The notes: generated from the letters alone by a model not told the origin. Counted from the stretch's first letter, positions 8,154 to 17,206 are shown. The stretch: DNA of 32,000 bases from Allobaculum fili (GCF_020969955.1 NZ_JAHDSX010000011.1:32398-64397); one strand, 5' to 3'. Program-made: numbers and translations.

Positions 8154-9812
8154 TCAGCCGGCACGTCTGGAAGAAGACGGTCTGGGCGGTTCGAGGGCAG
8201 CCTGCGTAAAAAGCTCGACTACCGAACGGGCTTTGCCGGTCATCGTCGTTACGCCCATCTTTCGATCGGGACGTCTTGTGCCATGGTAATCCGAACCGGC
8301 GGTAATGAGCGATTTTTCCTCGCCGGCCAGTTTGAGCAGGAAGCGCTTTTCGGCTTCCGTATTGTTGGGAGCGAACACTTCAAAGCCGTCGAGTCCGCCA
8401 TCCATCAGCCGAAGGAGAACTTCACTGGAAATGCGGGAAATGTGCCAGCCGGAAAGTACGGCCAGTCCCCCGGCCTGATGAATGCCTTCAATGACTTTCA
8501 GGGCGTTTGGATATTTATACGTAATGTGACACGGGCCGCCTGGACCGAAATAGTCCCGCAGGAACGCCTCACGGGCTTCTTTTTCCGAACGGGCGCTGAT
8601 CAGATAGCTCGATACAGCCGGCAGCTTGCGGGCTTCGGGCGTATCGAATACCAGATCGGTCAGCTCCTGCGGACGCAGCAGCTTGAAGCGCGAGTTGGAA
8701 AGCAGGGATTCCGTATCGACTTTCATGCCGGTTGCGGCTTCAAAGGCGCGGATCCGGTCGATCGACGCGTCTTTTTCCCGTTTCAGGGAAAGGCGTTCAA
8801 TCTGGTCGAAAAACGACGCCGTCCAGTCGATGTAGTAGCCCAGAATCCGGACGCGTTCTCCATCGAGTTCACAGTCGATTTCGACGCCCGGAATGTAGCG
8901 GATGCCATACATTTTCGCAAAGCGCACCGCCTGGGCGTTGGCTCTGGCGTTGTTATGGTCGGTAATGGAAATGACTTCCATGTTCTGTTCTTTCGCCTGA
9001 CAGAAAATATCTTCCACTTCCCCGTCCGCGTCGTCGCTGAAGCTTGAGCGAATGTGCAGATCGATCGGCCAGATCTGTTTTTCTTCCTCGCTCAGTGCCG
9101 GTTTAACCTGCCCTTTGGGCTGCGGTTTTGCCGCCTGAGCCGCGGGCTTTTCCGACGGAGAAGCGGCGGAAGAATTTTCGTTTTCTTCCGTATTGGACGG
9201 AGCCGGTTTCTGGCCCTTGGCTTTCGAGCCGACGACGCGCATGGAATAGCGCGGCGTATACACCAGAGCCAGATTGAGCAGCCAGTCAAAAATGGTCTGC
9301 TGGTGAGGGGATGCGAGAACGCAAAGTCCGTTCACGCCCCACCATAAGAAGATGCCCCAGATGGAGAAGAAATATCCAAAAAGCATCATCGGCGCGCCGA
9401 TGCCGAGCAGTTCGCGCACGACAAGCCGCATGACGGTTGCCGGTTTTTTATCCGCCCGTACTAGACGCAGTCCCATCAGCCGTCCGCCCCACGAGTACCC
9501 GCCCTTGGAGGCGGTGTACAGGGGAAGAAGGATGCAGCTCGTCAAAAAGAGCAGGGCATACATTATATAAAAAAGCAGATCGAAATAAGCCGGGGAGATG
9601 ACTCCCGATAAAATCAGGATAAACTCAACGCCCCAGACGTAGACGGGGAGCAGACAGATGCTCAGATCAATCAGATACGCATACAGGTGATTCTGATAGT
9701 CCGCAAACGTCCGGTTTAAAAAGACGGCTTTCTTATAGCCTTCTTTTACATAGAGTTCCTGTTCCTTGACAAATTTCGCCCGCTCGAGATCTTTCTTGCT
9801 GTAAGTGGCCAT
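8154..9812 (-). CDS. Membrane RDD-domain / PHP-domain (polymerase-histidinol-phosphatase family) fusion protein
   Basis: - N-terminal RDD-like polytopic region: LYAYLIDLSI.., GGRLMGLRLVRADKKPAT..RLVVRELLG, ..TIFDWLLNLALV.
- Pro/Ala/Lys-rich linker.
- PHP motifs: IDLHIRSS, ISITDHNN, GVEID, GGLAVLSGWH, DGFEVF, GSDYHG.
- I trimmed the start from the TTG at 9860 to ATG 9812, which is preceded by GAGGT. Confidence 0.7.
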   Translation of the reverse strand: MATYSKKDLERAKFVKEQELYVKEGYKKAVFLNRTFADYQNHLYAYLIDLSICLLPVYVWGVEFILILSGVISPAYFDLLFYIMYALLFLTSCILLPLYTASKGGYSWGGRLMGLRLVRADKKPATVMRLVVRELLGIGAPMMLFGYFFSIWGIFLWWGVNGLCVLASPHQQTIFDWLLNLALVYTPRYSMRVVGSKAKGQKPAPSNTEENENSSAASPSEKPAAQAAKPQPKGQVKPALSEEEKQIWPIDLHIRSSFSDDADGEVEDIFCQAKEQNMEVISITDHNNARANAQAVRFAKMYGIRYIPGVEIDCELDGERVRILGYYIDWTASFFDQIERLSLKREKDASIDRIRAFEAATGMKVDTESLLSNSRFKLLRPQELTDLVFDTPEARKLPAVSSYLISARSEKEAREAFLRDYFGPGGPCHITYKYPNALKVIEGIHQAGGLAVLSGWHISRISSEVLLRLMDGGLDGFEVFAPNNTEAEKRFLLKLAGEEKSLITAGSDYHGTRRPDRKMGVTTMTGKARSVVELFTQAALEPPRPSSSRRAG

Positions 9813-9848
9813 TCGTACCTCGATTCTCGTTCGATATCTAGTATTTTC

Positions 9849-9876
9849 ATCATACGGCAATCCCGCATAAATTCAA
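9849..9876 (-). promoter_or_regulatory. Candidate sigma-70-type promoter for the RDD-PHP gene
   Basis: The minus strand has TTGAAT (9871-9876), a 16-nt spacer and TATGAT (9849-9854), about 35 nt upstream of ATG 9812. Confidence 0.4.
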
Positions 9877-9902
9877 AAAGTCCGCCAGGACAGTCCCGGC
9901 GA
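9873..9902 (-). terminator. Rho-independent terminator after the secreted-protein gene
   Basis: The minus strand reads cgccggga-ctgt-cctggcg (one mismatch), followed by gacTTTTTGAATTT. Confidence 0.6.
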
Positions 9903-9993
9903 ACTTTGATCATACAAAGGATTGTTGAAAAAGCAAAGGATTAACCTGTCCCTTTCGCAAGGGAAAGGCGAAATGAACGGACGCTTCCTCTTT

Positions 9994-11877
9994 TTAAAGC
10001 GAGGCGTCGTCTTCGTCCTTGTTCGTTTTGCCAAAGGCAGCCTGGCTGAACGTTACCAGCGCGCTGGCCGCACCCGCAAAGGAAGCGAGATACATCGGCA
10101 GTTCCGCTACGGAAGCGGTATTGACCGATCCGGCTGAGGAAGGCAGATTTTCCTTTTGCAGCGGCATGCCCAGACGGTATTCATTCGCCTGACGATACAG
10201 CTGCTGGAAGCGGGAGCTTCCGTTGGCAATCAGATAGTCGTTGACGGACCGGCGCTGACTCGTGCTCAGCGCGTTCCAGGCTTTCATGCCGTTAAGGACC
10301 TGCTGGTAGTTGGACGCGTTAATCGCCTTGATCACAGCTCCGTTTTGCATGGCGTAGCGCTGAACGAAATCATTGGCCTGATTATCGAGGCTCATCAGCG
10401 TCGGCGCATTGATCAGAGCGGCACGCTGTTTTGCGATCGTCTCATCCGCGATTTCCGGGAAGACGCTCAGCTGGGCGACTTTGCCGGCTTCTTCTGAATT
10501 TTCCGAAGACGCAGCCTTGTCCACGGTCCAGACGGACTCGGTTTTGATTCCGGTGGCTTCCGCAGTATTTGCTGGCGCTGCTGCCGGATCAACTGGCTGA
10601 ATTTCGTTCTGAATGCCGTCGGTTTCCGCGATCGGGTTGAGCACGGCGTAGCCGATGCGCGGCAGCTGCAGCGTGCTGGAATCCATATTGTAGGAACAGC
10701 TGCTGGCGTTATAGAGCGTTACCGCGATATGACCGTCCAGACCGATGCCGTAATCAAACAGCATTTGCAGATCTCCGGCTGCCACACGGTATAAAACCGC
10801 AGTCTGTACGGTTACCTCTTTATTCGTGTACTGGTAAATGACCGGTTCGACCGTCCAGGCGGGCCAGCCGGCATTTTCTGCCAGCGACTTGGCAATGGTA
10901 CCCGTCAGATCGTCGGTTTCCGGATTCACGGGAAAGCTCAGGGTCTGTACGCTCATGCCGCCTGGCATGTGTGAAGAAGACAGATTGAGCGTTCCTTCTG
11001 TGTACTGGTAGGAAACCGGTTTGGTTTCCACAACTTCAGCGGGAGCTTCGGGAGCAGCGTCTTCCGGTTTTGCCGGATCTGTGTCATCGGCAGGTTTGTC
11101 AGACGTTTCTTCATCAGAAACGTTCGAATTTTCCTGTGCATCCGAAGTCTGCGCATTTCCGTTTTCGCCATTTACCGGCTGCTCCGTTTTGGAATCCGGC
11201 GTCTGAGAAGGTGTCTGCTCATTGGAAGTTCCTGTATCTTCACTGGATTTAACATCCTCTCCATTGGCGGGTGCTTCCTGTGAAGGATCAGCCTTTGTCG
11301 GTGCGGAAGAATCCGAAGCGGATGTTTCGTTAGTACCGTAAGGCTGTTCATCCTTTTTTTCCGAAGAAGCCGAACTGTCCGCTGCGCTCTGAGCCGGATC
11401 GCTTTTCGTCTGCGAAGAAGCGTCCAAATCCGCGGAAGGCGCGGCCGGTGCAGGCGTTTGCGGTGTCTGCGCTGCGTTTTCTAAAGCAGCACAATAGTCC
11501 ACTGCGCTCTGCGCAAGGGCGGGATAGTCGATGCCAAACGCAGCGGCCGCCTGAATGACGATCTGCTGGCGCTGGGCGTCCATCTGATCAAAGATGCCTT
11601 TGCCCTGCGCGAGAAGCGGTGCGTTTTCCGGGGTAAGCGTCGTATACCATACGGAATCTTTTACGCTGCTGCCGTCAGGCAGAAGACGAATGGTTTCAAA
11701 TTTACAAAATCGATTCACGAACTCATCAGGAGTGATGCATGCGGGATCGACCGTTTCCCCTTCGATAACGGCGGGGAGCGTGGAATTGGAAGCCAGAACC
11801 GGCCGGATCATCGATCCTGCAGGCAGGCAGACCGCCGCCATCAGGGCGGCAAGAGAATACAAAGATGTCTTTTTCAC
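9994..11877 (-). CDS. Secreted or cell-surface protein with a long acidic Ser/Thr/Pro/Ala-rich linker (function unknown)
   Basis: The GTG start at 11877 is preceded by AAGGAGG at 5-nt spacing. The signal peptide is MKKTSLYSLAALMAAVCLPAGS..VLA. A low-complexity acidic region of about 160 aa follows. The C-terminus has a hydrophobic segment (LPMYLASFAGAASALVTF). Confidence 0.7.
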   Translation of the reverse strand: MKKTSLYSLAALMAAVCLPAGSMIRPVLASNSTLPAVIEGETVDPACITPDEFVNRFCKFETIRLLPDGSSVKDSVWYTTLTPENAPLLAQGKGIFDQMDAQRQQIVIQAAAAFGIDYPALAQSAVDYCAALENAAQTPQTPAPAAPSADLDASSQTKSDPAQSAADSSASSEKKDEQPYGTNETSASDSSAPTKADPSQEAPANGEDVKSSEDTGTSNEQTPSQTPDSKTEQPVNGENGNAQTSDAQENSNVSDEETSDKPADDTDPAKPEDAAPEAPAEVVETKPVSYQYTEGTLNLSSSHMPGGMSVQTLSFPVNPETDDLTGTIAKSLAENAGWPAWTVEPVIYQYTNKEVTVQTAVLYRVAAGDLQMLFDYGIGLDGHIAVTLYNASSCSYNMDSSTLQLPRIGYAVLNPIAETDGIQNEIQPVDPAAAPANTAEATGIKTESVWTVDKAASSENSEEAGKVAQLSVFPEIADETIAKQRAALINAPTLMSLDNQANDFVQRYAMQNGAVIKAINASNYQQVLNGMKAWNALSTSQRRSVNDYLIANGSSRFQQLYRQANEYRLGMPLQKENLPSSAGSVNTASVAELPMYLASFAGAASALVTFSQAAFGKTNKDEDDASL

Positions 11878-11902
11878 ATGACCCTCCTTCTATCTATTCA
11901 CC

Positions 11903-11937
11903 GTTTTCAAAGCGGCAGAAAAGCCCGCTTTGAAAAC
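11903..11937. other. 13-bp perfect inverted repeat (hairpin) between dxr and the secreted-protein gene
   Basis: gttttcaaagcgg (11903-11915) / ccgctttgaaaac (11925-11937) with a 9-nt loop. No U-tail follows on either strand. A second hairpin, tgaaaaccg/cggttttca, sits at 11967-11989 just after the dxr stop. Either may act as the dxr terminator. Confidence 0.4.
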
Positions 11938-11995
11938 AAACGTTCAAATCAGATTCAACACTTCATTGAAAACCGGCAGGCGGTTTTCAGCTTTC

Positions 11996-13177
11996 TCAGT
12001 CTAGGGGTCCAGACGCGTTTTGTCCACACCAGCGGGCTTTGACGTGCGCGCGGGTCCGGGCATCCGTGTCGAAGAGATCGTTCAGATCCGGGTTTTCGAT
12101 AAAGGGAATCTGTTCGAGCGCGTCGGCGATCGCCTCTTCGATTTCGAGAAAGGAAATTTTCTTTTTCAAAAACAGGTCTACCGCCTGTTCATCCGCCGCA
12201 TTGAAAATGCAGCCGGCGTTGCCGCCGCGCTTTCCCGCCTGAACGGCCAGTAAAAGCATCGGATAGCGATCGTAATCCATTTCCTTAAAGTTTAAAGTCA
12301 GAGTCCGGGTAAGATCAAGCGGATGATCTTCTTTTAAATACGGGCGATCCGGGCCGTACAGCGCGTACTGAATCGGCAGGCGCATATCCGCGCTGCCCAG
12401 CTGGGCAATGCTCGCGCCGTCCTGATATTCGACTATCGAATGAACGATCGACTGCGGATGGAGTACCGTGGCGATCTGTTCATACGGCATATCAAAGAGA
12501 TAGTGCGCCTCAATGACTTCAAAGCCTTTGTTGACCATCGTCGCCGAATCGATTGTAATACGCGGCCCCATCGACCACGACGGATGCTTCAGCGCCCGCT
12601 CCGGTATAATGTCGGCCAGTTCCTCCCGGCCAAGATCGCGCAGCGATCCGCCCGAGGCGGTAATGATCAGTCGGGAAACGTCTTCGTGACGGTTTCCCTG
12701 CAGGCATTGCCAGATGGCGGAATGTTCGGAATCGATCGGGCGCAAAACGGCGTCATGCTTTTTCAGGGCGTCCTGAACGAGTTCGCCGCCGCAGACCAGC
12801 GATTCCTTATTGGCTAACGCGACATCCTTGTCGCGTTCAATTGCAGCCAGCGTCGGAGCGAGACCGCGAAAGCCGACAACCGCGTTGACAAGCAGATCGT
12901 AGTCGAGTTCTTCGACCATATGCACCATCTGTTTTTCGCCGCCATACCAGACCACGCCGTTTGCATCTTCCCTTATGGTCTCGTCCTGCGCGCTGAGTCC
13001 CGCCGCTTTTACAGATGGAAACTGCGCGAGAATGCTTTCAAGTGCGGCTTTATTTTTTCCGGCACTGATGCCGACCAGTTCAAAATCATCCGGATGGGCT
13101 TGCAGCACATCCAGTGTCTGCGTACCGATCGAGCCGGTCGCGCCAAGAAGCAGAAGTTTTACAGGTTTTTTGTTCAT
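11996..13177 (-). CDS. dxr: 1-deoxy-D-xylulose-5-phosphate reductoisomerase
   Basis: The N-terminus MNKKPVKLLLLGATGSIGTQTLDV is typical, and the conserved blocks ..LANKESLV.., ..PIDSEHSAI.., ..HPSWSMG.. are present. I trimmed the start from 13366 to ATG 13177. Confidence 0.92.
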   Translation of the reverse strand: MNKKPVKLLLLGATGSIGTQTLDVLQAHPDDFELVGISAGKNKAALESILAQFPSVKAAGLSAQDETIREDANGVVWYGGEKQMVHMVEELDYDLLVNAVVGFRGLAPTLAAIERDKDVALANKESLVCGGELVQDALKKHDAVLRPIDSEHSAIWQCLQGNRHEDVSRLIITASGGSLRDLGREELADIIPERALKHPSWSMGPRITIDSATMVNKGFEVIEAHYLFDMPYEQIATVLHPQSIVHSIVEYQDGASIAQLGSADMRLPIQYALYGPDRPYLKEDHPLDLTRTLTLNFKEMDYDRYPMLLLAVQAGKRGGNAGCIFNAADEQAVDLFLKKKISFLEIEEAIADALEQIPFIENPDLNDLFDTDARTRAHVKARWCGQNASGPLD

Positions 13178-13327
13178 AGAAAAATGTCCATTCTTATCCC
13201 CTGCGGGATAAAGGCTGTCCTCGTTTTCTTCTTTCTTAATTTTTCCCTGTTCCCCGTTCCAAAACGGCAGGCCAGAGCGAAAACTCCCGCATATAAGGGA
13301 GGCTGGGCATCGTTTCTTTTGCGCCCA

Positions 13328-13354
13328 TGAAAAAAAGAGGACCGCAGTCCTCTT
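13328..13354 (-). terminator. Rho-independent terminator after glgP
   Basis: The minus strand reads agaggac-tgcg-gtcctct followed by TTTTTTTC. Confidence 0.8.
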
Positions 13355-13411
13355 TATTATAAGCAAATCGTGATTTTTAAGACGAATTGAACCGAATGGG
13401 AACCGTCGCGC

Positions 13412-15877
13412 TTACGCGGCGTCTTCTTCGTCATCCACGGTGCAGCCGGCTTCCAGCCGTTCCTGGCGCGTGAACTTAATTTCATCCAGACCCCAGATTT
13501 CCTTCGCGTATTCGCGGATGGTGCGGTCGGAAGAGAAGTAGCCGGATTTGGCGATATTTACCAGCATGGCACGAGCCCAGGCCGGTTTGTCGGCATACCA
13601 GGCCGATACGTCCGCATGGGCCATCAGGTAGGCATCAAAGTCGGCCAGAACGAAGAATTCGTCCTTGTGCAGCATCAGGTCGTTGAAGATCAGCTGGAAC
13701 TCGTTCGGATTTTCCGACCATGTGCAGTTGCGCAGAGAATCAATGACCATGCGCAGTTTCGGGTTGGAATGATAAATCCGCCAGACGTCGTAGCTGTTCT
13801 CACGGCGAATGCATTCGATGTCTTCGACTTTCAGACCGAAAATCTTCGCGTTTTCAAAGCCGACACAGTCGACGATTTCCACGTTGGCGCCATCGAGTGT
13901 ACCGAGCGTCAGCGCACCGTTCATCATGTACTTCATGTTTCCGGTACCGGACGCTTCCTTGCCTGCGGTAGAAATCTGTTCCGAAACGTCTGCCGCGTTG
14001 ATCAGCAGTTCGGCGATCGATACGGAGTAGTTCGGGATGAAGACGACTTTCATGTACTGGCTGACCTGCGGATCGCCGTTGATGCGGTTGGCGACCTTGA
14101 CGATCAGCTTGATGATCTCCTTGGCCAGTGCGTAGCCAGGAGCAGCCTTGGCGGAGAAGAAGTACGTCGTCGGCGTAATGCGGTAATTCGGATCCTGCTT
14201 CATGCGCAGGTACAGATACATAATATGGAAGATATTCATCAGCTGACGCTTGTAGGCGTGCAGACGTTTGGACTGGCAGTCGAAAATCGTGTTGACATCG
14301 ACCTCAATGCCCAGATGTTCCTTCACGTACGCAGCCAGAATTTTCTTGCGTTCGAGCTTCACTTCGAAGAACTCTTCCTGCAGTTTCGGATCGTCGACAT
14401 AGGCCATCAGCTTTTCGAGATCTTCCGGATGCTTGATGAAGCTGTCGCCGATGTATTTTTTCAGCAGTTCGGTCAGCTGCGGGTTGGAATATACGAGCCA
14501 GCGACGGTGGGTGACACCGTTGGTCTTGTTATTGAAGCGGCCCGGGTAGAACGACGCGAACGAAGCCATGACATCGTTGATGAGAATTTCGGAATGAATC
14601 TTGGCAACGCCGTTTACCGAATGGCTTCCGACAACCGCAAGGTTGGCCATGTTGACCTGATTGTTGGAAAGAATCGACATCGCCGGGAACATGTGTTCCT
14701 TGCCGGCATGCTGCACTTCGTAATGGAAGCGGCGTTCGATTTCTTCAATAATCATGTAGACGCGCGGCAGAAGCGAACGCATCATTTCCTGCGGCCAGCG
14801 CTCCAGCGCTTCCGCCATGATCGTGTGGTTGGTATAGGCCACAGTACGGGTAACGATATCCCACGCCTGATCCCAGTCGTAATCGTAGTCATCCATGAGT
14901 ACGCGCATCAGTTCCGGAATGACGAGAACCGGATGGGTGTCGTTGAGCTGGATCGCGGTTTTCTCGGCCAGATTGTCGAGCGAGCCGTATACGCGCAGAT
15001 GATTATGGATCAGCTGATCCACGCCGGCGCAGACAAAGAAGTATTCCTGTTTCAGGCGCAGTTCCTTGCCTTCGTACGTCGAATCATCCGGATACACGTT
15101 AGCGGTCAGCGCCTGTACGTCATTGAGGTACTTGTTCAGAACGCCCGCCTGTACGGATTCTTCATCCACTTCCGCGTCCCAGAGACGCAGGGTGTTGGTG
15201 GTCGGGGTGTTGTAGCCGACAATCGGTACGTCATACGGTACCGCGCGGACCACAAACGCCGGGTTGTGATGCGAATGGAAATGGCCAAACTGGTCCATGT
15301 AGGCATCGAGGGTGCCGCCGAATTTGACCTGTACGGCGTGCTGGGGTTTCCAGACTTCCCAGACGTTGCCCAGACGGAGCCAGCAGTCGGGTTTTTCCAC
15401 CTGTTCATCGTTGACGATTTCCTGCTTGAACAGACCGTAGTGATAGCGGATGCAGTTTCCGTTTCCGGCCAGGTTCAGACTTGCCAGAGAATCGAGGAAG
15501 CATGCGGCCAGACGGCCAAGACCGCCGTTGCCCAGGCCGGCATCGCATTCAAGTTCCTCCAGGTTGTGAATATCCAGTCCCAGATCGGCCAGTCCATCGC
15601 GGACAACATCGTAGATTCCCATGTTCATCAGGTTGTTGACCATCAGACGGCCCATCAGAAATTCCATTGAGAAGTAGTAAAGCTGTTTCGTACCGTTTGC
15701 GCGAACGCTCTTTTTTGTGAGCTTCCAGGAGTTTCCTGCATGATCGCGGATCAGAGCACCAAGGGCTAAATAACGTTCTTCATCGTAAGCATCTTCGAGA
15801 TCGCGTCCGAAACGGGCGGACACTTCAGCGCGAAGGGCTTCCTTAAACGTTTCCTTACTGCTGAAAATGTTATTCAT
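13412..15877 (-). CDS. glgP: Glycogen/alpha-glucan phosphorylase
   Basis: The PLP-site block EASGTGNMKYMMNGA is present, along with family blocks (YFSMEFLMGR, GLGNGGLGRLAACFLDS). I trimmed the start from 15949 to ATG 15877 (MNNIFSS..), which is preceded by GGAGG. Confidence 0.93.
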   Translation of the reverse strand: MNNIFSSKETFKEALRAEVSARFGRDLEDAYDEERYLALGALIRDHAGNSWKLTKKSVRANGTKQLYYFSMEFLMGRLMVNNLMNMGIYDVVRDGLADLGLDIHNLEELECDAGLGNGGLGRLAACFLDSLASLNLAGNGNCIRYHYGLFKQEIVNDEQVEKPDCWLRLGNVWEVWKPQHAVQVKFGGTLDAYMDQFGHFHSHHNPAFVVRAVPYDVPIVGYNTPTTNTLRLWDAEVDEESVQAGVLNKYLNDVQALTANVYPDDSTYEGKELRLKQEYFFVCAGVDQLIHNHLRVYGSLDNLAEKTAIQLNDTHPVLVIPELMRVLMDDYDYDWDQAWDIVTRTVAYTNHTIMAEALERWPQEMMRSLLPRVYMIIEEIERRFHYEVQHAGKEHMFPAMSILSNNQVNMANLAVVGSHSVNGVAKIHSEILINDVMASFASFYPGRFNNKTNGVTHRRWLVYSNPQLTELLKKYIGDSFIKHPEDLEKLMAYVDDPKLQEEFFEVKLERKKILAAYVKEHLGIEVDVNTIFDCQSKRLHAYKRQLMNIFHIMYLYLRMKQDPNYRITPTTYFFSAKAAPGYALAKEIIKLIVKVANRINGDPQVSQYMKVVFIPNYSVSIAELLINAADVSEQISTAGKEASGTGNMKYMMNGALTLGTLDGANVEIVDCVGFENAKIFGLKVEDIECIRRENSYDVWRIYHSNPKLRMVIDSLRNCTWSENPNEFQLIFNDLMLHKDEFFVLADFDAYLMAHADVSAWYADKPAWARAMLVNIAKSGYFSSDRTIREYAKEIWGLDEIKFTRQERLEAGCTVDDEEDAA

Positions 15878-15898
15878 CGTTAAACCTCCACGAACTGA

Positions 15899-15926
15899 AT
15901 TATAGATTCGGGTCTTCGAAAAGCAA
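15899..15926 (-). promoter_or_regulatory. Candidate sigma-70-type promoter for glgP
   Basis: The minus strand has TTGCTT (15921-15926), a 16-nt spacer and a perfect TATAAT (15899-15904), about 20 nt upstream of the glgP ATG. Confidence 0.55.
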
Positions 15927-15963
15927 GAAAGCCCCAGCCGTGCAGGCAAGTATTCTGCCCAAT

Positions 15964-15981
15964 TTTGTGATCATTTGTGAT
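15964..15981. repeat. Direct repeat TTTGTGAT-N2-TTTGTGAT (10-bp phase) upstream of the glgP promoter
   Basis: Identical 8-mers sit at 15964-15971 and 15974-15981, about 40-55 bp upstream of the candidate -35. Confidence 0.6.
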
Positions 15982-16148
15982 TTTTTCTGGAAGTACCCTT
16001 CTTTCTTTAAAAATTCCGGATCCCCGTAATGGATATATTCATCATCTTTCAGGCATTGCTTTTCCTACGATTTCTACACGTTTTGACACACCCGGTTCGA
16101 ATCGGTCCAATTGTTGACATTCCCGGTATCTTCCTCGTTTTCAAAGCG

Positions 16149-16162
16149 TGAAAGGCCTTTCA
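16149..16162. promoter_or_regulatory. Perfect 14-bp palindrome TGAAAGGCCTTTCA (possible operator; cre-like arms)
   Basis: The sequence is exactly self-complementary. It matches 12 of 14 positions of the cre consensus TGWAANCGNTNWCA, but the central CG is inverted to GC. Confidence 0.35.
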
Positions 16163-16246
16163 AACCGCCATTTCCTGACTCGAATATCGCTAGATGCCAG
16201 GCCGTTTTGCGCTGTTCGGGCTGGGTCCGGTGCAGGCTGTCTGGTT

Positions 16247-16714
16247 TCAGACGAGCGTTTCCCGGGTAATAAAGCGTCGGGTTACGGGAAAGTTCCATTT
16301 ATACCCTTTGGAATTCTGCGTCAGGATATAGGGCGCGATTTCATCGTCTCCGAGTTTCTTGCGCACCCGGCAGATGTGCTTGGACAGCGTGTTGTCCGAG
16401 ATGCAGTGGCGCAGGCGGCTCGAGATGACATTGATCAGAACTTCTCTGGCGCAGAAGCAAGTCTGGTGTTCGACCAGATGCAGGATCAGTTCAAATTCGG
16501 TCGGAGTCGCCATTAACATTTCCCCTCCCTTGAAAATAATCTGTGCGCCGCGATCGATCAGAAGATCACCCGTCTGATAAATCACGCTTTCCCGGATCGT
16601 CTGCGGATCCCACTGGCGCGGCGGCTGGTCATAAACCATCCGCTGTACGTTATCGAGCGTGACAACTCTCCCCCGGCTGCCTTCTGCCGGTTTCTGTAAA
16701 TTTACATAGGACAT
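16247..16714 (-). CDS. Stand-alone OmpR/PhoB-type winged-helix DNA-binding protein (no receiver domain)
   Basis: 155 aa. Residues ~45-150 (..GDLLIDRGAQIIFKGGEMLMATPTEFELILHLVEHQ...DNTLSKHICRVRKKLGDD...LTQNSKGYKWNF) fit the Trans_reg_C pattern. The ATG at 16714 is preceded by AAGGAGA. No kinase gene or receiver domain is nearby. Confidence 0.7.
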   Translation of the reverse strand: MSYVNLQKPAEGSRGRVVTLDNVQRMVYDQPPRQWDPQTIRESVIYQTGDLLIDRGAQIIFKGGEMLMATPTEFELILHLVEHQTCFCAREVLINVISSRLRHCISDNTLSKHICRVRKKLGDDEIAPYILTQNSKGYKWNFPVTRRFITRETLV

Positions 16715-17206
16715 AATCCGTCTCCTTTTCCTTCCAACTCTTTTCTTCCTGTTTCGTTAAACTTCTGTTTTCCTGCTTCGCGTTCGGCCCTGAACTCCCG
16801 CTGCTTTGTTTGTGCTGTACCCGAAATTTTCTCCTGCCCGGATTGGGCCTGGCACTTCGTTTTACGCAGCGTTCCTCGAAGAAAAAGGAAGATTCCTTTC
16901 TGTCTGTGCAGGATTTCTGCTCCGTCTGGATCTCGCTTCCCGGCGCGGCAGCCGCCTTTGTTCCCTGACATGAATGCATGCCGTTTCCGTTTTGAAAAGC
17001 CGTACCGTTGCATATTTAGATTTTATTTTGATTTCGTTAAGCTTTCCGACCGTCGCTTTTGCGACCTTACCGGCTTATGCCTTCGATTGCATTATTTCTT
17101 TATTTGTTTATTTTTATGGTTTATTGTGCATATTTTCCGCCTATTTATACGACTTATTTCATTCTTTACGACCGATTACCACTTCGTTTTGCATGCGCTT
17201 TTCTTT

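Noticed and set aside
10129-10146. LPSSAG near the C-terminus of the secreted protein, as a possible LPXTG sortase signal.
   Set aside because: The motif deviates at the Thr and Gly positions. The tail after the hydrophobic segment (GKTNKDEDDASL) is net acidic rather than the usual Arg/Lys-rich anchor. I treat it as a possible C-terminal TM anchor only.
13616-15670. 684-aa plus-strand ORF opposite glgP. The same pattern occurs at 5790..6890 and 6900..7733 (opposite metG), 7971..9047 (opposite RDD-PHP), 18229..19212 and 19384..20244 (opposite mnmG), 28690..29322 (opposite dapH) and 30086..30817 (opposite dapA).
   Set aside because: All are mirror-frame ORFs of strongly supported minus-strand genes, with unnatural composition (F/V/R/H-rich). 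Long antisense open frames are expected in moderately GC-rich coding DNA.
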